Program-made: the position numbers and the translations under genes
Source: Octopus vulgaris
Lineage: Eukaryota
Assembly: GCA_951406725.2 (NCBI GenBank)
Contig: OX597837.1
Location: forward strand, 20,770,001 to 20,834,000
Length of the DNA: 64,000 nucleotides
Direction of reading: 5' to 3'
In this document: positions 13,587 through 27,310 of the stretch, piece by piece
Position numbering within the stretch: the first letter of the stretch is position 1
Layout: the number at the start of each line of letters is the position of its first letter
The notes under the pieces: generated by a model
What the model was told of the DNA's origin: nothing
Databases searched by the model: none
What the model saw: only the letters and a program-made list of their open reading frames with translations

Positions 13587-14127
13587 ACCCTAGTAATTTA
13601 CGTTCTTGTAATTTTATGTAAGTATATTAGACGTTGCAGACGACCAATCCTTCCTCATTAGTCAAAAGAGATCTTAATATGACTGATGCCTCCAAGGAGA
13701 CATTTAGAATCATAAACGGTCTAGAATCCATGGCTCATGTCAATCGGCCCTTCTGTTAGAAAACCGCAATGGATGTTAATTTCCAATGGTGTAGAAATTG
13801 TGCATCTATACAAAAGATTAATTCACCCTCTCTGTAATGCTAATAAGCAGGAATTGAGACCCACCTCGTTGTGATTAGCAATAGATAAATTTGTCGTCTG
13901 TGAGTATGTAATACCTCATCATATCTCTGGAAATTCATATGTGCACTATGGATTAGGTCACCTTCTCTGTGATGCTATTAAAACTTTTTTAAAATTCTGT
14001 GATAAGACTGTACATCATCTTTAAAGAACTTTAATGAACTTTAGAAATCTGTTTATGTTACTTAATTATCTACATTATTTCATGAGTATAGCCTCAACCA
14101 ATAGGATGTCTAGAGAACTCACATGTA

Positions 14128-14218
14128 TTTTAGCTGATGAGTACGGGACACGTTTATATGCTGTAATTTTTGCAACTTTTAATAAAGCCTGTCCTTGTAT
14201 GAAACGATTGTACTAAAA
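14128..14218 (+). ncRNA. Hammerhead ribozyme (type I), near-intact
   Basis: ttttag CTGATGA GTACGGGACA..TGTCCTTGTAT GAAA C gatt G TA ctaaaa, giving a 6-bp stem I, ~10-bp stem II, intact core and GUA cleavage triplet. Confidence 0.85.
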
Positions 14219-14248
14219 ACCTATCCATTCTTGTTGCTTCTTTCTCGC

Positions 14249-14283
<35 letters not shown>

Positions 14284-14436
14284 TGTGTGTATGTGTATGT
14301 ATATATGTATATGCATGTATGTGTTTATACATGTATATATGTATGTAAATATATATGTATATATGTATATGTATGTATGTATATGAGTGTATATATGTAT
14401 GTATATGTATGTACATAGGCGTAGAGTGACAGCCTT

Positions 14437-16030
14437 CTGTCACCCACCCATCGTGTTCAACAACCTGGTAAAGGTTCTTAGTAAGAGAATCACGAACCTT
14501 TCCTCCAACTAAGAGACTTTCAACGCAGCGGAACCGTACTATAACGAGGCCCTAGCTGCCAGCGGATTTAGGGACCACATCTCCTACGTGCCGGAACCCA
14601 ACGACCGCAGAAGGAAGAGCCGCAGTAATACCATTTGGTTTACCCCTATTCTCCCTTTACACAATAACGCCCGTATGTAGAATATTCCTTAGATTATTAT
14701 ATAAGCATTTCACAAGTTCCCATAGGTACGGGCCCATTTTCAACAAGCACAACGTTAGAGCTTCGTTTAGCTGTTCCCCCAATATTAAGAGCATCCTAGT
14801 TAGCACCCTGAAGCCACAGGAAGAGGCAGATTGTTCATGCAGGGACCGCAACAGATGCCCGGTACGAGGCCACTGCGAAACCAAACGGATCGTCTATCAA
14901 GCCGAAGTACTAGCGAACCCTGGCAATACCACCAGCATAAGAAATAGCAGCCGTAGACAAGAGAACAGAGCCAGCAACACCGTCACCATCACCACAGTTA
15001 ACAGCATTAGCAACAATAGCAATAACAGCACCAGTGACAGCATTGGCACCCCACCGACGGCAGTAACACTAACAACAACAATAGCATCGCCATCAACACC
15101 AGCCTTACCAAGAGCTTCCACAGTAGCAGACCTGACAACCCTTATAGCAACAGCAACAGGTCCGGTGCCACCACCAGCTATAACGACAATAACAGCAGCA
15201 GCAGCAGCAGCAGCGACAGCGGCCCTAGCAGAAACACCAGCGGAACCACAGCTAATGACCCCTCTAGCAACAATGGCAACTCTCCCATCAGTGGCGAGGA
15301 CCACAGCAATAACAGCATCAGTGCCTTCAGCATAACCGGCGGTGGCGATAACATTATCAACGCCACCACTACCTCCAGCGACGCCAACACCAGAAGTCTC
15401 AGCTCCAACAACAGTAGAGACAACAGCAACAGCAACACCAACACCAACAGGTACAGCACCGATAACATACGCCCACGGAGATACATCGGATGTTCCGAGA
15501 GCTCTTTCAAGCAAAGTGTCTCCAAACACAGGTCCTCCTTCAGAGTTCAGGAAAGGAGAGACGTAACATCACTGGCCAGCCACGTCTGGTAACTAAGACA
15601 CGATGGGATCCCATACTCGGTCTCATGGAAAATCCTCGAGAACCCAGGCATCTACACCAACGGGATGAAGCGTTGCAAGTTATACATAGCTGAACGCGCG
15701 AGAATCCTAAAAGATTCGCTCGAATCAGGGAACATCCTTGAATCCAGAACGGAGATTTTCGGGCCGTGTTTACATTTTTGGAAGGTCCCTGCTAGCTTTT
15801 CGGAGCCCACAAGATGTCGGCACAGCCGTAAATCGATAGCCAATGGCAAAGGTAGATAATTCCCAATTAAACAATTGGGAATTATCTTTGAGCTGTGAGG
15901 CATTCCCCCTCCATATTTTGAAGAGGTCATGGGCCAACAGGTTTTAGGATCTGACAATACGCCATAAAGCTAAACCCTTTATGTGAAACCTAAGGTAACC
16001 CCATAAACCGGTCTTGCCCATTTTTAATAT
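14437..16030 (+). mobile_element. 5'-truncated Penelope-like element (Naiad-like): RT thumb, CxC..CP..G.C zinc finger, GIY-YIG endonuclease, 3' HHR
   Basis: Hand translation gives HPPIVFNNLVKVLSKRITNLSSN*ETFNAAEPYYNEALAASGF..TIWF, IFNKHNVRASFSCSPN, DCSCRDRNRCPVRGHCETKRIVYQAEV, RYIGCSESSFKQ..HRSSF, RCKLYIAE. Stops and frameshifts present. Confidence 0.85.
15947..16001 (+). ncRNA. Decayed hammerhead motif at the 3' end of the PLE
   Basis: ggat CTGACAA tacgc CATAAAG ctaaacc CTTTATG t GAAA CCT a AGG TA accc, with G8 changed to A. Confidence 0.5.
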
Positions 16031-16331
16031 TACAAGGGAAAATGCGAGCACGAGAAATAATATTCTTAAGATTATAACCCTGGAAAAGTACAGGACAAGT
16101 TATTACATCTGGTAAAGTACAGAACAAGAAAATTCATTCTAATAATACTATCGTCTGCGTTTTAAGCATATTTCATTGTGAACCATAACATATGGCTCCG
16201 TAGCGTTGGGATGGAATATAGCAAACACAGATTTAAACGAAGGTAAAACTAGAAATCATTCTTTCAATGCACCATATACTATTTAATTAGTCTGACATCT
16301 AATGACTTTACCCATCATCTTTCCAACTCAC

Positions 16332-16411
16332 CGGAGGGAATCTTAAACGCTCTTGCTGTGTATCATTGTTCATAGTAAATCAATAATCACTGCAGCAGAA
16401 GCGATAGTATT
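16332..16411 (-). other. Candidate host exon (80 nt) containing a possible start codon (MNNDTQQERLRFPP)
   Basis: Minus strand: branch-like ctaat, acceptor ttttttgacag|, donor ccg|gtgagt. Unique sequence, no recognisable homology. Confidence 0.3.
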
Positions 16412-16442
16412 CTGTCAAAAAATTCGATTAGATTTCGAACTA

Positions 16443-16747
16443 CAGTTGATAACGCCTTATCAGAAATGTTTATGATTGCAAATGTATCGATTTTGGAATG
16501 ATTGCATATTTGCGACTGAAAAATGGGACCTGAATTTTAACACTTTATACATTTTACAGTTTATAATGCAGCTTATAAATATAGGTACATACATGGCTGT
16601 GTGGTTTTGAAACTCGATTTACACCCACGTGGTATCGGATTCAGTCCCACCGAGCAGTATCTTGGACCAGTGTCTTCTTCTATAGTCTCGGGTTGACCAA
16701 AGCCTTGTGAGTGGATTTGGTAGATAGAAACTGAAAGGAGCCCATTA

Positions 16748-16830
<83 letters not shown>

Positions 16831-16973
16831 CCATTACAGCTTCTCTTCATCTTCTCTTTATCAACATCGACACGTACATTTCTCTTTCATTGTTGATGCC
16901 AGCTACTCTCACTCGAAAATCGGATATGGGATATTTTCGGACTCTGGAATTTCGGATAAATTACTATCAACTG
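16443..16973. mobile_element. pogo/Tigger-like MITE with nested SINE-B head and microsatellite
   Basis: ta|cagttgata ... tatcaactg|ta ends. SINE-B 5' half lies at ~16582-16750 inside it. Confidence 0.45.
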
Positions 16974-17179
16974 TAGAAGCAAAATCAAACATTAAGAATG
17001 TTTCTAAGGTGTATTTAGTAGATAGCCATAAAGATATGACTTATACTTCTAGAAATATCACATAATAAATGATATGGAAGGTTTTTAAAAATTATTACAG
17101 AATTATTTTACAGGGCCATACAAATACCCCAAAACTAGGGTAAGTGACCGACACCTTTCTCTTTTTTATTCTCCTGCTT

Positions 17180-18345
17180 TTGAAATGGCACTGGTACTTA
17201 TTTTATCGACTCCGAAAGAGTGAAAGACAACGTCGACCTCTGCGGAATTTGAACTCAGAACGTGAAGACGGACGAGATGCCGCTAGGCATTTTGCCCGGC
17301 GAGCTTACAATTCCGCCAGTTCACCACCTTATTTGTTACTAATATTGGTTTCAAATTTTGTCACAAGGCCAGCAACTTCAGGGAAGGGGATAAGTCGATT
17401 ACATTGACCTCAGTATTCAGCTGGTACTTATTTTATTGACCCCGAAAGGATGAAAGGCAAAGTCAGTCTCGGCTGAATTTGAACTCAGAACGTAAAAACG
17501 GACGAAATGCCGCTAAGCGTTTTGCTCGGTGTGCCAACGATTCTGCCAGCTCGCCGCCTTCTTGATAATAATAATATTAAGAGTATAGGCGCAGGAGTGG
17601 CTGTGTGGTAAGTAGCTTGTTTACCAACCACATGGTTCCGGGTTCAGTCCCACTTGGGCACGTGTCTTCTACTATAGCCTCGGGCCGACCAAAGTCGTGT
17701 GAGTGGATTTGTCCAGCAGTGTTATTTTCTGCAAGTTATTCATATTTGTAAACTCTGGGCAGTTTGACCACGAACTTATCTACGCACTTTTAACCATTTC
17801 CAATTCGTCTTTTAAGATGGGGGGATTGTTTCTGTTTTCAAATCCCATACTCGTATTACCTCTATTCCCGGGATCGTTAGGATGGTGGATTGGAAGAGAT
17901 ATCAGAGCGTCTACGTTCTGAGTTCGAATCCCGCCGAGGTCAAATTTCCCTTTCATCTCACTGGGAGCGATAAAATAATGGTATCAGTCTATTTCTGAGC
18001 TCCATGCAATCAACTAACCCCCAACTCCCTAAAATTACTGGCCTTGTACCTAAATAAGAAACAATTAATAGGACTTTATCTGTCTCATTCTGGCAAATCT
18101 TACAGATCTTTGAATTTGTATAATTTCTCAATCTCTTTTAGAGTTATAACGTGGGTTTCAAATTTTGGCTCAGAAAGGGTGTGAGTCAATTACATCGACA
18201 ACAGTACTCAACTAGTACTTATTTTATCGACCCTGAAAGAATGAAAGGCAAAGTGGACTTCGGCGAAATTTGAATTCAGAACGTAAAGACGGTCGAAATG
18301 CTGATAAGCGTTTCGGCCGGCGTGCTAACGATCCCTGCCAGCTGG
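17180..18345. mobile_element. SINE cluster: family A at ~17180-17330 (-), 17350-17560 (-), 17880-18060 (+), 18150-18345 (-); family B head at 17587-17712 (+)
   Basis: Family A copies share gttctgagttcaaattccgccgaggtcgactttgcctttcatcctttcggggtcgataa. B head is ggcgcaggagtggctgtgtggtaag. Confidence 0.85.
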
Positions 18346-18349
18346 AGGT

Positions 18350-18764
18350 ATAGTATCATCATCATCATCAGGAGGAGGAAGAAGAAGAGGAGGGGGAGGA
18401 GGAGGAAGGGGGAGGAAATATTTGCAATAGCTATGTTTTTGGATAGTGACAGCGATGATGATGATGATGATGATGGTGATGATGGCGATGAAGACGTCAA
18501 CGACGATGAGGATGATAACAATGACAATAAGAATATCAGCGAAGAAATCTATCGAAAGGTAGGCAATGGTTGATTGCCAGGAAACGAAGAGAGTAGGGTG
18601 GCTAGGGTAGTGGTGGTGGAGATGGCTGTTGTTGTTGTTGTTGTTGTTGAGCTGGTGGTGGTGGTGGCGGTGGCGGCGGCGGCGATGGTGGTGGTGGTGG
18701 TGACGGTGGTGGTGGTGGTGATAGTAGTGGTGATGACAACGACGACAACGACGATGATGATGAA

Positions 18765-18817
<53 letters not shown>

Positions 18818-18835
18818 CGACGGCGATGATGATAG
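18350..18835. repeat. Compound trinucleotide low-complexity tract (GAT/GGT/GTT/GGA)n
   Basis: Visible directly. Source of the poly-M/V/S/D ORFs. Confidence 0.9.
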
Positions 18836-19113
18836 AAAATGTGTTACAGTTAAGACATAGTGAGATATATTGATCATATTCTGTCTACATATTGTTCCAG
18901 TCGCACAGCTTACATTTAAAGTAGGCCAAAGACTTTATTCTTTATATATTTGTAGTTGAAATTCTTCTGAATGTTGTTGTTGTTGTTGTTGTTATCATAA
19001 CTGTTATTGTTGCTTTTGTTTTTGTTTTTGTTGTTGTTATTATTATTATTAGCAGCAATAGTATTATTGTGCTTCTACTGTATGAAAGGTTAGCGAGAGT
19101 TTAAAATAACGTC

Positions 19114-19267
<154 letters not shown>

Positions 19268-19298
19268 CGTACACACATACATACCTTTAATATGTATG

Positions 19299-19340
<42 letters not shown>

Positions 19341-19529
19341 CATACATACACGATACACACACACACACACACACATTTGTCTTTGTATGAACATGTGTGT
19401 AGATTATATGTAGATTATATAGAAAATATGAAAAATATGAAATGCAATCTCTCTATTTTCGAATTAATCGTCACATAAGTGTATATACATATGTGTGTAC
19501 TTGTGCATGTGTTTATGTATGCACAATTC

Positions 19530-19564
<35 letters not shown>

Positions 19565-20260
19565 TGTATGTATGTATGTATGTATGTATGTATGTATGTA
19601 TGTTTGTATGTATGTATGTATGTATGTATGTATGTATGTATGTATGTATGTATGTATGTATGTACGTATGTATGTATAAATATGTGTATATTTGTGTATA
19701 TTATATATATATATAAATGTATGCGTATATATATGTGTGTATTGATGTATATTTTGTATTTATATATCTGTATATATGAGTAAATATACGGAAGTATATG
19801 CATCTGTTTATGTACACACACACACACACACATACACACATATATATTAATATATTGAGATATGTATGTATATAGGTGTGTGTGCATGTGTGTGTGTGGA
19901 TGCATACATATTTTCATATATACACAGAAGCATACATATATATACATCTGTGTGTGCATATATATATATACATTTGCGTTTGTGTTTATCTTCACATCAG
20001 TCTAAAAGGAAAAGAACCTGTTACGTGGTGACTCTTTCTGACCTGCAACAGAGATTTCGATTAAAGATTTACCAGACTGTAAAACGTAGCGTCTTCGTCA
20101 TGATCGATGAAAAGCCTTGAAGGTGACGTACCATCTTACGTAAGTCTGTCTCCCTCTCTCCATCTCCCCCTTTCTCTATATATATGTGTGTGTGTCTGTG
20201 AGTGTGTGGGTGTATACATATTATATGTATACACACACATATATTATATATATAGATATG

Positions 20261-20302
<42 letters not shown>

Positions 20303-20380
20303 CACATGTATATATAGATGTATATATATATATATATAGACAGACAGATAGATAGATAGATACATACATACATACATACA

Positions 20381-20416
<36 letters not shown>

Positions 20417-20418
20417 TA

Positions 20419-20777
20419 TCTGTATATATAAACGGCAAAATGTCTGTGTGTGTGTCCTTTATACAAATCCACAATTTTTTCAGTTAGAGGGCTCGCACTT
20501 TCTATGGTCATTCAAAACCGCCCAAGGATGGTCGTGCACATCTTTACATTTCCCCAGTCGCCCCGCAAAGCCATTAAAAAATCAATAGAAGTGACTTTTT
20601 TGTGAATTTTCTATCCAAAACCCAATCAAAATACCCGAAACTTGATACGCCAATTGAATGCCAGCTAGCTGCATGTGATTGGTCAGAGATTTGGACAGTA
20701 CTCGCGTGTATGTGCGCACGCACGCAGCAGTATATGCATGCACTAGCACCATGACCCGGCAACGTTGGGTCATAGTG

Positions 20778-20780
<3 letters not shown>
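20419..20780 (+). mobile_element. Non-autonomous Helitron (copy 1)
   Basis: 5' TC start. 3' GC-rich hairpin tagcaccatgacccggcaacgttgggtcatagtgcta. Reverse complement of 27311-27665. Confidence 0.75.
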
Positions 20781-20819
<39 letters not shown>

Positions 20820-20823
<4 letters not shown>

Positions 20824-20889
20824 GTAAATGTAATATGTGACAATTATTCGGTATGTGACAATTATTGCCACATATTACATTTACAGATA
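20820..20889. repeat. Short fold-back (25-bp arms) with internal tandem duplication, between (TA)n tracts
   Basis: atctgtaaatgtaatatgtgacaat ... attgccacatattacatttacagat. tatgtgacaattatt occurs twice. Confidence 0.85.
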
Positions 20890-20941
20890 AATTCCTCTAT
20901 TTATATAATATAGATGTCTCTTTCATTCTTTTGTTGTCTCA

Positions 20942-20988
<47 letters not shown>

Positions 20989-21255
20989 CTGACTGTTTCA
21001 GGTTTTAGATTACCGAATGTAAAGTCTGAAAGTGACGGGATTCTGTTAGAGGCCTGCGAAATTTTAAGTCGCATTGAACCGTATCAAAATGTTGTAAATA
21101 ATACACGTAACCCTGTAACTCCTACTAAATGTGTTGAGATCTATTTTCCTTACAGGTGAGGCCCAGTTAGAATTTTCTTGAGGACGAGTAGCCCATCCCA
21201 CTCAAATGGTTCTTGAATAAGTGTTTATTATTATTGTTATTCTTATTATTATTAC

Positions 21256-21902
<647 letters not shown>

Positions 21903-22357
21903 GGCCGCCATACTAGGAAAATGTGCTAAGTTGGAGCGTTTCGGCTGGTTTCATCCTGTTCCTTCAAAATTTCATTCAACAAGTATTTTGCTTGCATTGT
22001 TTGGACCGTGGTGGTGACAGTTTGTGTAATTGAACCTCTTTTTGTGGGGTGTAATAATTGTTTTGCATTTTTTTTTTTTGTGAAGACAGGATTTTATTCA
22101 TTTTTCGCATTTAAAAAATGTCAGATTACGAAAAAATAATAATAATCGACATAAGAGCAGCGTGCTGTTGTATCTCCGAAAACAAACGCAGCCGAAGGTG
22201 AAATTAACTTCCTCTACGTTGCTACGACGACAATAGCAAGTGCAAAAGTACCAACAGCAACGATAATGACGACGACCACTACAGCAGGAGCAACAATGTG
22301 AACAGCAACACCACCACCACTACAAACAACAGAAACAACAAATAACAACAAATAAAG

Positions 22358-22590
22358 GGCGGTGAGCCGGCAGAAACGTTAGCACACCGGGCGAAATGCT
22401 TAGAGGTATTTCGTCTGCCGTAACGTTCTGAGTTCAAATTCCGCCGAGGTCGCCTTGCCTTTCATCCTTTCGGGGTCGATAAATTAAGTACCAGTTACGC
22501 ACTGGGGTCGATGTAATCGACTTAATACCTTTGTTTGTCCTTGTTTGTCCCCTCTGTGTTTAGCCCCTTGTAGGCAATAAAGAAATAAGA
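22358..22590 (+). mobile_element. tRNA-derived SINE, family A (near full length)
   Basis: A-box-like ggcggtgagccggcagaa, B-box gagttcaaattcc, central gcctttcatcctttcggggtcgataa. Confidence 0.9.
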
Positions 22591-22755
22591 AACAACAAAT
22601 AACAGCAACTGTATCAAAAACAACATTAGCAACGAGATGAACAAGATCAAAAACAACAAAAGTAACATGAACAACAAGATTGAAAACATCAACATTAGTA
22701 GCAATAATAACACAATGAACCTCAACAAAGTTAATTCCTTTCCTAAAACTGTTGA

Positions 22756-24620
22756 GATCAATTTGGATCAATGAAAAGCATTCGATAGGGTCGACCATCG
22801 CTGCCCGGAAGCCGTCCTTAAAGCGGCCGGTTTTGGACCTGTTTTCAGAGGCTAGATCGCTGCAATGCACAGCAGCACATGCTCGGTGGTCAAAGCAAAT
22901 GGCCATCTATCAGAACCGTTTTGCATCGCACGCTCGGTCCGTCAGGGCTGCCCGCTTTCACCTCTTCTGCACGTGCTAGCTCTCGAGCCACTGCTGCAGA
23001 AGTTGGAACAATTGAGGTGCATCCCTTTCGAACTGGGTTTTGGAAGAGCAATGTCTGCATACACGGACGACGTCACTGTCATGGTGTCGGACGCCTCCGA
23101 AATGGAGACAGTCGGCTCCATTCTAGAAGAATATGAGTCGGTTGCAGGGGCTAAAATCAACGCCGAGAAGTTGGTGGGCTTGTGACTGAGCACCTGGAGA
23201 GGCAGATCAATGCCGTCAGATGGCGTTACCGGACACTGGCGGGAAAGTCTCACTGACGGACAAGTTCAACTGCTCGGGGACTGGTGGATAGAACTGGGAC
23301 GAGGTGACGAACAGGGTTGCCAGTCTTACCCAGAAATGGGCTGAGATGAGACTGTCCTTCAAAGGTCGGACAGAAGTGGCGAATGCCTTCATCGCCTCCG
23401 TTATCATTTATCGTCTGACGGTCGTGCCTTGTCCCAGGTATTGCTTGATCATGTTCACGAGGAAGGAATGCGTTCCAATGGTCAGGAGGTCAATCTGCTG
23501 TCAATTCCCTCTGAGTGGCGGCTTAGGCATGCCATGGATTTTGATGCACAGACATGCGCTCAGGCTGCGCCACCTGTAACGGTTTCTAGAAGGTGTATGT
23601 GTGGGGGATCCGTTTGTTAGGCACGTAGTCCGCAACTCGTTTCTTTAACGGAGCTGCAGTCCTGGGTGAAGGATAGACCAAGACTGGACACCTGGCACCT
23701 AGACTGTCGTCAGGAAATAAGATCAGTGGATGTTCCACATTAGCTATTTACAAAGGAATAGTGGCGGTGAAGTGCAACGACATCCTAGGGGAGACTCTGG
23801 ACGTTGACAAAGATAAACTCATTAGTCTGTTCCGGAGGACTTTTCGGTCGGGGACTATTATGGACAATCTCCAAATGTCTTTGGCTTGGCAGGGCTACTG
23901 GGGGGGGGGGCTCTACCGGTTCGAGATAAACTCTACAGGCACGGATTTGCTGTCAGACGCACTTGTCCGAGATGCACGCAGAAGAAGGAACCGTTCTACA
24001 TGCACTCATTCAGTGTCTGGTAAATTGCTGACTTGTGGAAATTATGTTGAACAGCTGCTATCGCGTACGGGACGGATCTGTCTGTCATCCGAGTCCATAG
24101 TGATGATTGCCCCACCGCCCTCCTTTAATCGGGCAAGCAAGGCAGTTTTCCTTTGACTGGATGCTGTGGTGTAAGAGGTTGTCTGGTGGACGAGGTTGAA
24201 AGGAACGAGGACAGAGACATTCCCCTTTGGTAAAGCCGACATCGACTTTTTCAAGTTTTGGTTGAAAAGGAAAGTGAGGGTGGAGAAGGAAGTGCTGTCC
24301 TCGAGTGAATTTATGAAAGGTGGGTGAAAGTTGCGAAAATGTCAAGAGTGGATGGTACCACTCTAAGTGTAGGCATGTGAGTCGGAGGAAAGGAGTTGAA
24401 AAAGGTATTCGTTTTTATTATTCTGGGTGATTTTGGATGGTGGGGTTTCTCGATTATCCCTATTTTTGTATACTAGGTACACTTCCCTTCTTTTAATGTG
24501 TACTAGGATAATTCTTTATTCAAGTTTCTTTTTTATCATTCTATTATATGTAACCCCCTGCTCTTTATGTCTATCTTTGTATAGTCCCCCTCATCCTTCA
24601 CCCTGGTGGCAAATAAAAGA
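22756..24620 (+). mobile_element. 5'-truncated L1/Tx1-type LINE, ORF2 pseudogene
   Basis: INLDQ*KAFDRVDH, RSVRQGCPLSPLL, AYTDDVT, GAKINAEK, LSFKGR, C-terminal CPRC..ET..H-like knuckle, AATAAA plus (ATT)n tail. Confidence 0.9.
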
Positions 24621-24641
24621 AATTATTATTATTATTATTAT

Positions 24642-25130
24642 TGAGTGAGAGAGCAGTTCATGCCATCAAAGTGACACTGGGGTAAAATATACGAAGCCCA
24701 ATATACCCATCAAGACTACCCGTCTGATAAGGGTACACCAGGCACATGTATCACAGCCATATGTGCGCGACATGGTGATCTCATATCAAGATAAACAGCA
24801 CATGACCTTACAGGTGGGGCCCAGTTAGAAATTTCTTCAGGTTGAGTAGCCCATCCCACTCAAACGGTCCCTGAATAAGGGTTGTTTAAGGATGTTGAAA
24901 GAACCACCCATGTTTCCAGAGGTGAACTATTCAAACCCCAAAGAATCCCTCTCAACACATGGCTATGATGCTCCCCCACTACTTCTGCTCGTGATCAGAG
25001 ATGCACATATCGTCAGCCACTAAGGGACATGCTCAACTGGTTAAGGTCAAACAACTGACAAGCAAATCTGTGGTATTGAGCAGAATATTTGCTGTAGCCC
25101 ATCTTTTATACCGAGACAAAACAATGTACA
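24642..25130. mobile_element. 489-bp interspersed repeat inserted in (ATT)n (copy 2)
   Basis: Direct repeat of 21256-21744, lying in the tail of the preceding LINE. Confidence 0.9.
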
Positions 25131-25151
25131 TCATTATTATTATTATTATTA

Positions 25152-25190
<39 letters not shown>

Positions 25191-25301
25191 TAGCAGAAGT
25201 GACCTTGAGTCACTCTGTTACTTCTACTAAATATTAATAAATATTTACTTATACTCATTTCTTAAGTTCTACTTTTCCTGTTTGCATCAACATACCTATT
25301 A

Positions 25302-25338
<37 letters not shown>

Positions 25339-25379
25339 CGCACACACACAAACACAAGCACAAACATACACACACACAG

Positions 25380-25555
25380 CTAGCCACTACACATTCTTTA
25401 TTTTCTCTCTTTATTTCTTTCTGTGTTCCTTTCTGTGGAAGAGCGTAGGCTCAAAACGTTACAGATTTTTTTCCCTTCCCGAGCGTTAAACTAATACATC
25501 TGTTTGTTGTCTACACCACCTGTCTTCGTCTTTCGTCTTTTTGTGAATTCTCCGT
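25380..25555 (+). mobile_element. PLE-derived short repeat with decayed minimal HHR
   Basis: CTGTGGA a GAGC gtag GCTC aAAACGTT at 25433-25460, with the downstream ccGAGCGTT also seen in the 2530/34625/46740 family. Confidence 0.5.
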
Positions 25556-25936
25556 ATATATATATAATGCACAATATATGGGTTTATCTAATCCAGTGGT
25601 AATTATAGATAGTCTCTTTTAGTGGACCAGGCAACAAATACATTGGAGTATAATGTATAGTCTGTTGCGGTTGAAATCCAGTAAATTCAGTTAGTAATGA
25701 TTATTTCATTAGTAGTATATAGAGTATAAAGAAAGTCAGGAGGGATGAGATGAAGATATTTTATACATAAAATAACGATTATGGGAAATAATTTATTTTG
25801 GCGTATAATAGATTATTTTACAAGTATGCACTAGCGCATATGTTATAAATCACAAAAGTACTGTCAATAGCAATATCAAAGTACATATTTTAAGTTGTAA
25901 TATATAAACGTTTGCGTAGGTGTATGTATACATATT

Positions 25937-25939
<3 letters not shown>

Positions 25940-25997
<58 letters not shown>

Positions 25998-26072
25998 ATA
26001 CATGTGTCTATGGCTATATATGTAAATATATGTCTATACATATAAATGTGTGTGTGTGTGCACGTGTGTGTG

Positions 26073-26144
<72 letters not shown>

Positions 26145-26269
26145 CATACATATACATACATACATATATATTTATGTGTGTGTGTGTATACATATGTGTC
26201 TATGGCTATATATGTAAATATATGTCAATACATATAAATGTGTGTGTGCACGTGTGTGTGTGTGTGCGC

Positions 26270-26348
<79 letters not shown>

Positions 26349-26425
26349 CATATACATACATACATATATATTTATGTGTGTGTATACATATGTGTCTATG
26401 GCTATATATGTAAATATATATGTCT
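25940..26425 (+). repeat. ~190-bp higher-order tandem triplication of microsatellite-rich sequence
   Basis: tgtgtctatggctatatatgtaaatatat recurs at ~26003, ~26195 and ~26391. Confidence 0.85.
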
Positions 26426-26670
26426 ATATGTATATGTGGGTGTGTGCGTGTGTGTACCTATTTTCGATACCAGCAATTGCTATTAGCTATCCATAATTCC
26501 TCTTTATATATCCGGTTGTCTTATACTATTAATTATACATCTCTAAACACCCCACTTCTTAGTAGATTTATGTCTTTTTCTGTATGTATCTATGTTGACA
26601 TGAGTATATTCATACTTGCATACGTACATTGAAATACCTTTTTTGCATATGTATATATATATATATATGC

Positions 26671-26717
<47 letters not shown>

Positions 26718-27310
26718 CACAGACATGCGTGTGTGTGCGCGCGCGTGTGTGTATATGTATATACTTGTTTGTGCCTATGTATATACATAAACATAAACAT
26801 ATATATACCTATTTTCTGTTGCCTTTTTCTATCATTCTATTTCTTAATAATTATAGTTATTTCCCCCTAAATAAATATATTGGATTCTTTATTCAGTCTA
26901 CTTGAGCAAGTGGGCTAAATTGACCTTTTAAATTTTAACCCTATTTTTGATATAAAAATAATTGTAAATTATCTATGAGTTCATTTGTTTTTATATCTAA
27001 CAGTCTTATACTATTAATGATATATTTCTAAATACTATCTAGTTTGGTTTATCTCATTATTCTTCCTCTTTTATAACTTTTAACTATATTTTATTTAATT
27101 CTTATAGCCCTCCTCTCTTCCTTACTAATTTCTATTGTTCTTACTCTGTCTTCCTCTCTCTCTCATCATAATTTTATTTTTATTTTATGCCTCGTTTTAT
27201 TGATATAACTCTCTCTATTTCGTAAACATAATATCAGCAAACCCCTCTCTCATCTCATTAAACTTTCTTCTTTTCTATCTCTATTATGAATACTTTTAGG
27301 TTATAAATGA

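Noticed and set aside
14897-15529. 210-aa Val/Ala/Gly-rich minus-strand ORF resembling a membrane protein
   Set aside because: Antisense shadow of the Asn/Ser-rich insert in the PLE endonuclease.
15560-15710. Selenocysteine recoding in the Naiad-like PLE
   Set aside because: I saw no in-frame TGA at conserved Cys positions and no evident SECIS. The stops read are TAA.
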